Of a stretch of 64,000 bases of DNA, positions 1-10,972 are shown piece after piece; the stretch's first letter is position 1, and each line of letters begins with the position of its first letter. Origin of the DNA: Ramazzottius varieornatus (Eukaryota; Animalia; Tardigrada); the NCBI GenBank assembly GCA_001949185.1, contig BDGG01000003.1, forward strand, positions 4,331,610-4,395,609, given 5' to 3'. Position numbers and translations under genes: made by a program. The notes under the pieces were generated by a model, which saw only the letters and a program-made list of their open reading frames with translations, did not search any database and had not been told where the DNA came from.

Positions 1-567
1 TTTATCCATTTAATGGATTCTATCAATACAAGCATGATTTCACAACCTACACAGTTTGATACAGTAGAAACTTCCTCCATTTGTTAAAGATTTTCATCAG
101 TAAAGACCTACTTGTAGTAGCATTACAGTACCGAAAAAAGTTTCAACAAGGAAGTCATCTAGATTCTTGAAGTCTTGATTCAACAGTAAGGTCGAGAACA
201 ACGCTGCGCTAGGCCTCGGCTCTTTCAGCTGTCTCTACAGGTTAACCTTCTCACGTTGCGCCATTTTTGATTTTAATTATCATGAACTCAGAGCGATTTT
301 CGAGGACCGTTAGACTGCGACTGTGTGTAGTCCTCCGGCACGATATCTTCCAGGGGATGACATCAGATATGCCTTAGAGTTCTCCCGTTGCTGTACCCCA
401 TTCCCAAACCGAAATCTCGAGCGGTCTTCACCTTGCACCGGTAAAACCGATGTATAGTACAATACCAGCGTAACAACGAACTGAGATACGTAACAGCAAC
501 CTTCTAGACGTCGAATGTCGCTACCAGTAGCAGGAGAGAAAAGAAAGTTCGATGGTTTTGAGGACCC

Positions 568-3500
568 TCATGTCCGGCTAGGCGTCTGAAGCAGACCGGT
601 CTTGCTTTGAGTAAGCGACGCCCTGCGAACCTTCTCAGCCATCAGTCTCTCAACCGCCCGATCTTCCGTTGCCGCTTCCTGTGCGGTCTGTGGCGCCTGA
701 CCCACGCGTTTCTTTCTCTTCTTCCGACCATTCGCAAGGTCCTGCGGCGTCAACTTGGTGAAAGTGTCTGCAGGAGGTGGATACCCTCTCAGTATAATCG
801 GCGCACCGTCCGGATACCTCATGGTATTCGGCGGAAACTCCATGTGTGTGATGTCCGCGATCTCCAGTTCGAGTTCCAAAAACTCGCTGACTTTGGTACA
901 CGTCATGAGAATGGAGTAGGCTTTCTCTAATAACGCCGCTTTCTGATTGTCGAACCTCCTTCGAGCGATCTCTACTGGGTCGTCGGCCTTCGCAGCTAGT
1001 CGTCGCTCAGCTTCCAGTTCTTCGTCTGTCTTGACGTGTTCCGTTTCAACCTGCGCTTCTTCCCTCGGTTTCAGATCGTCCTCGGTCATATACGGAGTTC
1101 TTCTGCGTGGACGTGGTAGATATGGCGCTTCGTTGTCTACCTTCTTCCGTAAAACCTCGTACTTGAACCCACGATCAACAATCATTCGGCGAAGCTTTCG
1201 GGGAGGATGTGCTGGTTCGGGTGGTGGCACTTCTTCATCGTCATCTGGGTTCTCTTTTGAGCGAACACCGGCTCCGACCAGGGACTCGTGCCGCTCTCTT
1301 TCTGGCGCACCAGGCGCTCCGGCTTCTGTCGCATCGGCGACCTCCGGCTCACCCGGCGCACCTTCGACCGGGTCAGCGGGAATCGACTCTTTGGGAGGTA
1401 CTGATCCAGCGGACAGTCTGTCTTGCGAACCATTTTCCTCAACGTCCGAAGTCTGGAAATAACACAGACACTGCATGGAATCCGAGCAAGCGAAGTCGAC
1501 AAGCTCGCTTTTTCAAGTGGCGCACGTTTCCAGCTCATAACACCGGAAAGGTGCGCCACATGGGGAAATATCGAACTTGATAGATCGTTTTTCCAACTGG
1601 CGCATACTCTCAGCTTTTGACACCAAAAACTGCGCGACACTGGGGGAAAACAATCTTCGGCTGGCTTAGTTTCTCCCAACTTCTAACGTATCGAACAACC
1701 TTCGAGGATGACAGTAAACGTTTACCTTTGGTTTTTTCTTCTCTGGTTGTTTCTTCTCTTTAGTCGGTGCGAACAGGCCCTGGTGCTTTGCTTCATGCAC
1801 GGGTGCCACTTTTGTTGCTTCAGCTTTCCGCAAGTCTTCCTGGAGCTCTGCAGACTTTCTGCGGCGTTTGTCCCAGTCGGCGGTATCTTCGTGGGCAGTG
1901 GTCTCGAAGACTTCGAGCAGACAGGCAGGGACTGGCCGACTGCCCGGTGAATCCGGCAGTGGTAGTATAGCCGGATGTTCGCGGCGTTTAACGATGGCCT
2001 GCTTGATCAGTGCGCGGTTCTTGTCCCATTGGTCTTCATTGCTGTCTGGATCGTAGTAAAGGTTGTCGTTGGCCTCTTTTTCTTCTTTCTTGTCCACCAG
2101 CGATACTTCCGACGCTTTAGCAATCTTCTTCATCCTGTTTTCGTATTCTTCGGCTTGTGCGATAATTGCTTTGATGTGCTTCGGATGTCGGAAGGTATCT
2201 AGAAGAACAGAAACAATGCACAGAGTAAACGGAGAATATTTGAAGTTCAGCAAACCAAAACGAAAAGATCATTTTCTCTAGTGGCGCATGCTTCTGACTA
2301 ATTAGACTGATATCGTGCGCTACTTGGGAAATCGATCTTGCTTGTTTGCCTGATTTCCTTGTGACATCGTATGTTATGTTATGGTACCTCACATGACTCA
2401 ATGACAAATTTACAACAGTTTCTTACTTTCGGGTGGCGCATAGTCTTTGAGACTGCTCAGCACAGTTCTATCCAGCTTCTTCATGAACGCCAAGTCATCG
2501 CATTTCTTCGTCCGAATAGCGGCAATAGCTCCATGTTCCGCTGACCGATACCCGCATATCTCTCTCCAAGGTCTCCTCCTCGCTATGATGTGATTACTTC
2601 TCGACAGTCTTCCTGGCTGACGAACCCAGCATATATCCATCGGTTTCTCCTGCAGCTTGCACAAGGTCTGCGACAAGGCCCACTTGTACCGCGAGTTCTT
2701 CAGGCCGCCTTCTTTCGCTGGCGGTATCACTGACGTAATCTTCTTTTCTCGCATCCATTTACCGTATTCCAGCAGCCAGTCTGTCAGCTCATCGTACCGC
2801 CTAATCTGTTTGTTCTTCATCAGCGAGCAGATCACTTCGAACTTGTCGATTCGACTGCGAAGGTACTTCAAAGCTCGGTCAATCTTTCCCGTGTTATTTT
2901 CACGACCTTGACGCGGGAGGAAATGCTCCTACAAGATAGAGAAAATGTATTCCGCACCAAAAGACAACAAAGTCCAGCAATAACAACTGGTGTGTGGGCG
3001 GATGAACTGAACTAGATCGTTTTCATAAGTGGCGCACACTTCTCGCCAAAAACAATGAGAATATGCGCCACTTGAAAAACATAGACGAATTCGATTTAAT
3101 CTGCTTTCCCAGTGGCGCACGGCTTCCGGCCAATGACATCGGAATTGTGGGCCACCTGAGACAAGGATTTGGTTCAAGTATTTTGCGAGCTCCCAAGTTT
3201 TACCTGTTTGATGAGATGCTTTTCGATCTGCATTTTATTATCCCAGTATATCCCCAAGACCTTATGCGCCGTCTTCAGTTGCATGATCGAAGTCTTTTTC
3301 ACCCTCCGCTGTACATAATCCGGTGGTTCAGGTTTAGTGACATGGAACATGTTGATCTCGTCCTGAACTCCAGTAAGATACGGTTCCAGCGGATACAGCT
3401 CGTCATAGTGCTTATACGTATCGTTAAAGATTTTCTGCGCACGTTCCTGGCCTTGCACCAACCGATAAAAGACGCGCATGTTCCCGCCGTAAAACATGGG

Positions 3501-4094
3501 CACTTCACCACCGGTCAGATCGTACATCAAGGCAATCGTTCTGTAATAGCCATCCTCAAACGGTATCTTATGCGGATACTTCAAGTTGATCCCTTGAGTA
3601 TAACACATCAACGCGCTCTCGAAATCGCACATGCGGAAGTAGGCGTCGGCTTTGAGTAACAACGCACCGTAGTCTTTGGGGTTGGCTTGGAGGATCGTTT
3701 CCGCCTTGGCCAGTGTCTTGTCATGCTCGTTGAACTGACTGTGATAGTGGCCTTGCTGAATCAGCAAATTCCGGTTATTTGGATCGTAATGAGCGATAGA
3801 GTCGTAATAATACTTGGTTTTCTCATGACGGTTCTTGCAGCGCTTCAGCGCCTCAGCAATGTCCAGTGCTCGATCGATAAAGTATAAAGGAACGCGCTTG
3901 ACGCCCACCGGTCCGAAGACGCGAGGATAGCCAGTTTTCCGGTGTAGGCGAGAAAGTGGGTAAGTGACTTCTTTCGATTCCTTGACATGCTCAATTTCGG
4001 TCGGTGGAGGAAGCTTTAATGTATCTGATTCGGGGTATAGCTTTTCGGCATTGGGCGGCTTCGGTGGACGAACCTTCTTCGGTACGGGGAGCAT
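568..4094 (-). CDS. TTC25/ODAD4-like TPR protein with a long charged C-terminal extension; 4 exons (~4094-3204, 2928-2427, 2198-1726, 1452-568)
   Basis: Exon 1 'DYGALLLKADAYFRMCDFESALMCYTQGINLKY' resembles the TTC25 N-terminal TPRs (GILQKAETLYTMGDFEFALVFYHRG). GT-AG introns join the four long minus-strand ORFs. Confidence 0.65.
1483..1672. repeat. Palindromic element, tandem dimer (cores 1515, 1595), TTC25-like intron
   Basis: Spacers 27 and 26 nt; period 80. Confidence 0.9.
2250..2352. repeat. Palindromic element (core 2279), TTC25-like intron
   Basis: TAGTGGCGCA-27-TGCGCTACTT. Confidence 0.9.
2995..3190. repeat. Palindromic element, dimer (cores 3027, 3110), TTC25-like intron
   Basis: AAGTGGCGCA-27-TGCGCCACTT; period 83. 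Confidence 0.9.
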
Positions 4095-4304
4095 TTAATA
4101 CTGCAATTTCCAGAAATACCACAAAATAACCCTCAGCTCATTACAATTTTTATCTCATCGACTGTTTTAGTATCACATAAGGGATGAAACTAAACATCAG
4201 CCAGCTGCGAGAAAAACTCTAAATATTCGAAAAACAACAACAAAGGTAATTTGTTGCTACACAGAACGGAAAAAGGCGAAAGAAGGTCAATGAAAATTCC
4301 GAAT

Positions 4305-4412
4305 GAAAACTAAACAGAAAGTTTGAAGGTTTTCCGAGTGGCGCACACCTTTGGCTGTTATCAACGGAAACGTGCGCCACTTGAAGTATCGAGCTGGTTC
4401 AGTTCATTCACC
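4305..4412. repeat. Palindromic element (core 4336), intergenic
   Basis: GAGTGGCGCA-27-TGCGCCACTT. Confidence 0.9.
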
Positions 4413-4469
4413 CACGTTCATTCTAGTCATCGGCAAGGAACTTATGTAACATATTTCGAGGGGGAAACT

Positions 4470-7455
4470 TTAAGAAGAGTTCGACCAATCGTCGCCACTG
4501 GCGCTTCGTCGTTTCGCGTAGATCCAGTCTCTTCTTTCGATGTCGACATACGCGAAGATGGCCAGCACCACGATCAACGCGAACGACCCGACAGCGAACG
4601 CCAGACCGGACCACCAGGTCGCCGTGTAGTGGAACAGTCCCACGAAGATGATTGAGCCGAGTAGCGGCGCGATGGACTGGATGACGGAAATCAAGGCCAT
4701 GGCTCGCCCCAGCTCATTCTTACCCACGAGCTCACCAAGGACCGAGCGAACACACACCATACACAGGAGACGCATGTGGCCGAAGCCCGCACTGGCGTAG
4801 ATGTGCCAGCCTTCCGTCGCCACGGAGTAACCGATGTAACCGATAATAGCGGAAGTATAGGCTACCATCTAGAACAGAACAACGTCTGTCTACTTGAACA
4901 CTGTCATTGACTCTCTTCCAGTACACAAAGGGCATATGCTAAAACCTGGGCCTGGACTGGATCGCTAGATCCCTGGATCTGGATTCCGGACCTGGATTTT
5001 GTCTGGATTTGTACTCTGTATCCGGACTAGTTATCCGTAGGACGCCAAAAAGTAGCAGAGAAAACAGGTATCAGACCGTGGCGAATGAATTGAACATGGT
5101 CGTTTTCCTAAGTGGCGAACACGTTCGGCCGGCTACAACGGAAAGGTTTCGTTTCGAGAACCTGTTTAGTTTCGAGAACCGCTAGGAACTCGGCTGCCAG
5201 CAGTATAGGATGCACTGACAAGTGAGCGAAACTTGATTTGGTAACAGCACGTTATTCGCCGGACCAGACTCCATTTTTGTCATCAAGCTGCCTAAGGTCT
5301 GATCTCCAGTAGAGTTTCCTGAATTGCCATCATTCACAGTACTACCATATGGCTCGTGCGGTATCCTTACAAGGCTGCAAAGAGATGTGGACGTCGGCAA
5401 GAGAATTGAACATTTTCGGTATCTGCACTGGCGCACTTTTCCGTTGTGTTCGGCCGAGCGTGTGCGCCACTTGGGAAAACGACCATGTTCAAGTCATTCG
5501 CCAAGGTCTGATATCTGTTTTCTCTGTTGCCTTTAGGCGTCCTACGGACAACTAGTCCGGAAATCCAGACAAAATCCAGGTCCAGAATCCAGATTCAGGG
5601 ATCCAGCGATCCAGTCCAGGCCTATGTTTTAGCATAGACCTACAGAAAGTGCTCTTACCGCAATCGAAGTTTCCGTCATTCTGAAACAGCGACGAAGGAA
5701 CGCAACTGTGAAGACGACCGAGACAGAGCCGACGAGACCCAGAAGGCCTTGGAAGAAACTATACTGTTGTAAGGTCCAGCGGAAGGGCTCAAATTCCAAG
5801 AAGAGCTGCGTCACAGCGGACTTTCCTGGAAGAAGGGAAAACTGCAAGTACATTTTGTTTCACTTCTGTTCAGATGTCTTAAGACGAAGACTAGCAGATA
5901 TTATTTCAATGGGGAGGTCGGCAAATGAATCGTACGAGATTGTTATATCAAGTGGCGCATCTGTCCATTATTATTAACTGAGATCGTGCGCCACATGAGA
6001 CGTCGATCTTGGACGTTTCGTTTGCCGGCCTCCCAGATACATTTTCGAGATACTAGGTGGACAACTATTTCGAGAAAGATGTTCGTACCGCTGTAAGCGA
6101 TGTTGGAAATGAACGAAGCTAGTAAAATCAAGCACACATGGAGTCTAGTTTCCCCGGTCCGTTCTTTATTCAGCAAGTCGAAGCTTTCCCGTAAATGTCG
6201 GAGAGAGAACAGGTCGCTGCAGCCGTCAGAGCCGTATTTTGGTGGAGGTCGTAAATCATGGATGGCCACGATACCATACAAAAAGCAAGCCAAATACAGG
6301 CCACCAGCTACCATGAACGGGTATAGTATCGCCTTCTCGAACAAGTAACCTCCAAGGAAGGAGCCACCGTTCATAGCGATGACCAACAGTCCTTCGATAA
6401 TGGCGTTGTTGATGGCACGGTTAGACGAGTCGGTGAAGTCCCCGATGTAGCTGAAGACGGCCATCATGATGATGAAACGACCTCCTAGGAGGGAGGACAG
6501 AACAGGGGAAACGAGAAGGTAGGACGGAGGAACGGGACGGATTACACAAAAGGCCGCCCATGCTGCTGCGGCAGCCAGACCGAAGAACGGAACGAGAAGG
6601 AGCCGCTTTCGCCCAAAATGGTCGCTCCAAGAACCTAAACGATCACAGAAAAGGTGAAGGGCAAGTTCGACGTGGACGAACACGTACACAAACAAATTTA
6701 ACAAGATTGTTTTAGTAAGTGTCGCAAGTTTGTAGTGTTTTTGGCCGACGGTGCGCGCCGCTTTGGAAACTCCATAAGATCGTTTCCTCAAGTGGCGCAC
6801 TTCTGCAGTGTTTCTGGCTAAAAGCGTGCGCCACGCATAAATCTTGTCAAGTTTATCTCAAAAATCTCAAAGAATTCTCACATGGAAATTATTTGAGGTG
6901 TTTTGCAACCAATATGTGTAGTTTCTTTATATAGTTTTAACGAGATGTAGGAAAATATGTGGTAGGAATTCGGAGTAAATTTATAAAAGGTCACGTACCT
7001 AAAAACAACGATAAGATAATGGCCGGTATGGATTCCAGCAGGACACTGTACAGCTGATAGGCCGACGTTGTCTTGCGAACTGCGTCCATCTCATTGTGGT
7101 TGTACTTGTTGACAAGATGAGCGCATACCTCCGACGAAAAGTTGTGGTGAAGTTCACAAACCTTCAACACAAGAAAACGTTACCACAACGTTCCCCAACC
7201 GGAAATCAGAAACCAACAAAATGTTCTGAATTGTGGTACCTTGTACTTTAAGAGTTCGACGTAAGATGGGCCATAAATTCCGAAAGCCAGGCCGAACATT
7301 AGGACGACAGGTGCGGCTCGAATAGCTCCATAGTACGGAGAAGTCTTCTCTGAAACTCCGCTCAAGCTTCTGACCAAAGGACTGTTCTCATCGGAGCTGG
7401 TGTAAGGGCTCCGGGTCTTGGTAACCTTCGTACTCCGATATACTTCCGTCGGCAT
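4470..7455 (-). CDS. MFS transporter, SLC46/PCFT-like; 5 exons (~7455-7240, 7161-6999, 6634-6089, 5825-5659, 4868-4470)
   Basis: MFS motif A 'GSWSDHFGRKRLLL', 'FSYIGD', C-terminal 'RSVLGELVGKNELGRAMALISVIQSIAPLLG', and many hydrophobic helices. Confidence 0.85.
4937..5634. mobile_element. ~700-bp non-autonomous MITE with ~215-bp TIRs and a probable TA target-site duplication, in an intron of the MFS gene
   Basis: 4937-~5155 is the near-exact reverse complement of ~5425-5634 (TGCTAAAAC...GTTTTAGCA). TA sits at 4935-4936 and 5635-5636. The TIRs contain CTGGAT sub-repeats and an arm of the AAGTGGCGCA palindrome. Confidence 0.85.
5918..6028. repeat. Palindromic element (core 5950), MFS intron
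   Basis: AAGTGGCGCA-27-TGCGCCACAT. Confidence 0.9.
6686..6856. repeat. Palindromic element, dimer (cores 6717, 6790), MFS intron
   Basis: Period 73; the second unit has a 27-nt spacer. Confidence 0.9.
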
Positions 7456-8042
7456 TTTCGACGTTTTAAATCACTGAAAAGATGCGAATGAACGACCCTC
7501 AGAATGAAAACCAAGAAAAGTAGGCGAACGATTGATCGAGATGGAAATACAGAGGATGGAGTGCGACAAACTTCACATCCTGGTTGAAGTTAGGACTGTG
7601 CACGTAAATCGAAGAGTCCCGTCCTGATTGAAACCTCATTGGCGCACTTAATGGTCTCACTTCCTTGTTCAGCCACCCATCAATATCGGTTTCGACTATG
7701 GAAACCCCTGTAGTAAGTGCTCGTTATCGAAACCAGGAGAGAGATTACAGGCACGAGATGCGATACCTCCGATACGCTATCGTAACCTCGTACTTGAAAG
7801 TGGGCTATTTTTCCGGTACGAGTACTAGTAAATTTACTTCCAAAGATATTCATGATAACAAAATATTTCAACAGAAATCCGAAGTCTCTTCGCGGATAAA
7901 AATAATCATTCTTTTCTGAAAAATATGTTTTAAGTTTGAAAGCTATAAAAATGCGTGTTAAAAAAACCATTTAGAATGCAAAAATCATGTTTTTTGGTTT
8001 TTTTCCGTAAAAAATCCGTTTTCAGTTCTCTTGGGATTTTGG

Positions 8043-10330
8043 TTACCAGTTTCTGGTCCGAGCGGGAGCGGCGGAAAACGTTATCCTGACATCAGCGTGG
8101 AAATCTGGATCGCGTTCGCATTCACCTTCCTCCTTCTCGGTTGAGTCTTCCTGAACAGGACAGTTCGGTTGCGGGACGTACAGGACGTGACCAACCTTTG
8201 AAGAGACGTCATCAAGACGAAAGCCACTAAGGCGCTTCCGGTTCTCCTCGCCGCCAAGGTTCTTGCACATGTTCTCCAGCACGTCACACTTCCTCTTCAG
8301 CCGCTTGATCGTTTCATCTTTTTGTGTGGTGTCTACCTGATCGTTCGACAAGCTAGGTTCTCTCTCCCCTGAAACCGCGTCCTCCACTTGCTGTTCTGAA
8401 ACAGAAAGCATCCTCAATCGTAAATTTTAAAGGGGTGAGGATACTGTCACCCAGTAAAACCCACAAAGGTTATTAGCACTCACTAAAATTATGGTCGTAC
8501 CCCACTTTAGTTATCGTCATGCAGCCATTGGATTTGATTCTTCGCGAGGTTGGCGCACACCCAGAAAAGGCACGCCAACTATTTTTTATTGATTTCAGTC
8601 CAAAGTTTTTTGAAGAGTGGAAGTAGAAGTTAGGTCAGCAGATGCAAGTTCGAGTCTTCCGCCAGGTGGTAGGAATTGGTCAAAATATAGAATTACAGAG
8701 AAACGCAGTATGAACATGTGAACCGTTCCTAAATCAGTGTCGGCGCGGGTGGTGAAAAAGATCTCTAAAGTGCAACAGCCCGTGGTACCCGAAGTTTTTT
8801 TCTGTGGTCAAGTCGCGTAGTAAATACCATGCGGTGTTTGATGGACCAGACTCGAACCCGCTCATCCCACGCATTATGACTCGAAGAACCTTCGGATTCT
8901 CCGACAAGTCTCGTTTTTCCGGGTCGAACAGGTCCGCGGTACGTATTTCAGTGTCGACTGGGATAACTCTCACACCTACGGGCGCGAGGTCACCGGAACC
9001 TTCTTGTTTGTTGCCCGCGCGGTTTGACCGTGTGCCGCTAGAGAAGAATAACCTCCTTAAAGTATCACACAAAAACACTTACTGCACCCAGTGCTGCTAG
9101 AGAAATCGTCTTTTGTGAGAAGTACAGTATCACAGAAATTCGCACACTACGGGAGGACCATTATCAAAACAGTTTTCGATGTCCTATTCTCGAGAAGCAA
9201 CAAGTCAGCAATACCTTTAGAAATCTGGGGTGGCAATAAGCTTACTAGGTGTGTGTACTCTGGATTAATTCTTGATTTCAGCGAGTGACAATAACTATAG
9301 TGGGTTTTACTGGGTGACGATAACCATTTCCTTCTGAAAATACCCATCTTTCAATTACCTGCAAACACAAACCTAGGTACCTAGCACAAGGCGCAAGTAT
9401 GCAGGTGCCCGTCAGAACGGTACTTCCGGTTCACCAGCTTTTCTAGACTAACCTGCATTTACGATATTTTCCCGATCGACATGCTTCTCTTGTGTCGCGT
9501 CCGAACGCACGGAACTTGGTACGACTCCTGTCCGATCATAGGTGCTAAAGCTCTGGTGAGGAATTTCGTCCATTGGTTCGACAGTCTCGGCTCTACTGGC
9601 ATACGTTCCCTGGACGACCTCGTCCTCTTCCTCCTCGCTCTGATCTCTCCAGACACTTTCTTCCACGACCGTATCAGGCTCCACTATCACTTCGTCTTCG
9701 CCACGTTCTTCATTTTTCTCGATGCAGTCTTCCCGTTCTTCAAGTCGCAACCGGTCAACTGACGGATAAGGAAATCCCAGCGAAACGTAACGATCCCCTG
9801 CAAGAGAAAGAACATGTTCAACATGGGCAGATCAAGCATTCGGATCTGCATCACCGAAATCCTTACCTGGGCTGCACGTCCATTGGGAAAGGCCATTAGA
9901 TCGCATCAACTGGTTCCATTCATTCTCAAACCATTCTCGGGAATTCATTTCAAGGATAAGCTTGACCATAGTTCCGGAAAACAGGAAGAAGCGATCAGAT
10001 CAGAATGAAATTCGAATTCCGAAACCAAAGAATCGAATTAGGCAATCAAGGGAAAATCAACAACAAACCAATCAACCGTCAAAAGGAAAACCGCTTTTCT
10101 GTCCACTCTGCAGGCGGCGCTGCTCACACGAAAGCTGGCGTCGGAAGTGGTTTCTCGCGATCGTCAAGCCTTTTGAGGGCTTCCAGAACCAGGATGCTGG
10201 AGGAGTGAGACTCCCGGGAAGCTAGTTCGTTCTCTAGCACCGATCTGACCACTCCGTAAAACAGTCTTGAGACTACATCCGCCAGTAGCTTTAACGGGTA
10301 CGTGAAAATGCTTGATAGCCACCCGAACAT
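8043..10330 (-). CDS. Uncharacterised multi-exon protein (hydrophobic N-terminus, acidic region, short coiled coil)
   Basis: Collinear minus-strand ORFs 10330-10124, 9750-9448, 9078-8734 and 8417-8043 with plausible GT-AG boundaries. No recognisable domain. Confidence 0.45.
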
Positions 10331-10972
10331 ACCAGATCCTCAGAAACTCCTACCAACCGCAAGAAACGGACGGAAACACCTACGAATGTAATGATATGCC
10401 TAAGAAAGCTTATGAGATCGATGCTGACATCTATTAACATACTGTTACCTAATGAGCGAGGCATTAATTATAATTCGCGACAGCCATGGTAATTGAAACA
10501 GATCTTTTTGCAGTGGTTGCGGAATAGCTTATCCGCGTGCGTAATACAGTACGGCAATCGTTAGTTTGGTCGATGTCGTTGCCGAGGGCGCTCATCTGTC
10601 GACCATGTCTCAAGGAAGCATACCATTCCCCGGACATGCTGACAAACGCCATCGGAACACGGACTACGTAATTCTGTATGCTTTTAAGAGACTACCGGAT
10701 GGAGCTTGTTGATTTCCATTCAATACAACGACCCGGCGAAGGAGCCCATAAAGCAGACGATCATGAATTTATATCGAACAGAAACAGATGAAATGTTCAT
10801 AACGAACATCGAAATAAGGCAAACTAGCTGAGCTTGAACCGTATTATGATGTAATTACGGTAATCAGTACCAAAAAAACGGAAATCACAGGCATAAAAAT
10901 CTGAAGAAACAAAGTCATGTGCCGGCTGCCCAGACAGATCAAGCTGGGATTACAAAACACATTTTCCGCACT

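Noticed and set aside
200-264. Possible first exon (MAQREK) of a gene leaving the left edge
   Set aside because: Too short, with no recognisable continuation within the window.
1453-3203. Palindrome as an introner (intron-generating transposon)
   Set aside because: Element ends do not coincide with splice sites. It sits inside introns with ordinary unique flanks, and it also occurs intergenically.
5943-6800. Recurring peptides in the ORF track (MRHLG, CATWEN, APLEK, FPSGA, KWRTF) as a repeated protein domain
   Set aside because: They are translations of the palindromic element where ORFs run through introns.
7630-8582. Partial motifs at ~7637 (ATTGGCGCAC) and ~8549 (GGTTGGCGCA...ACGCCAACT)
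   Set aside because: No arms and a wrong or absent spacer; not counted as family members.
8835-8875. B-box-like GGTTCGAGTC on the minus strand suggesting a tRNA or SINE
   Set aside because: No T-stem pairing or cloverleaf, and it lies within a probable exon.
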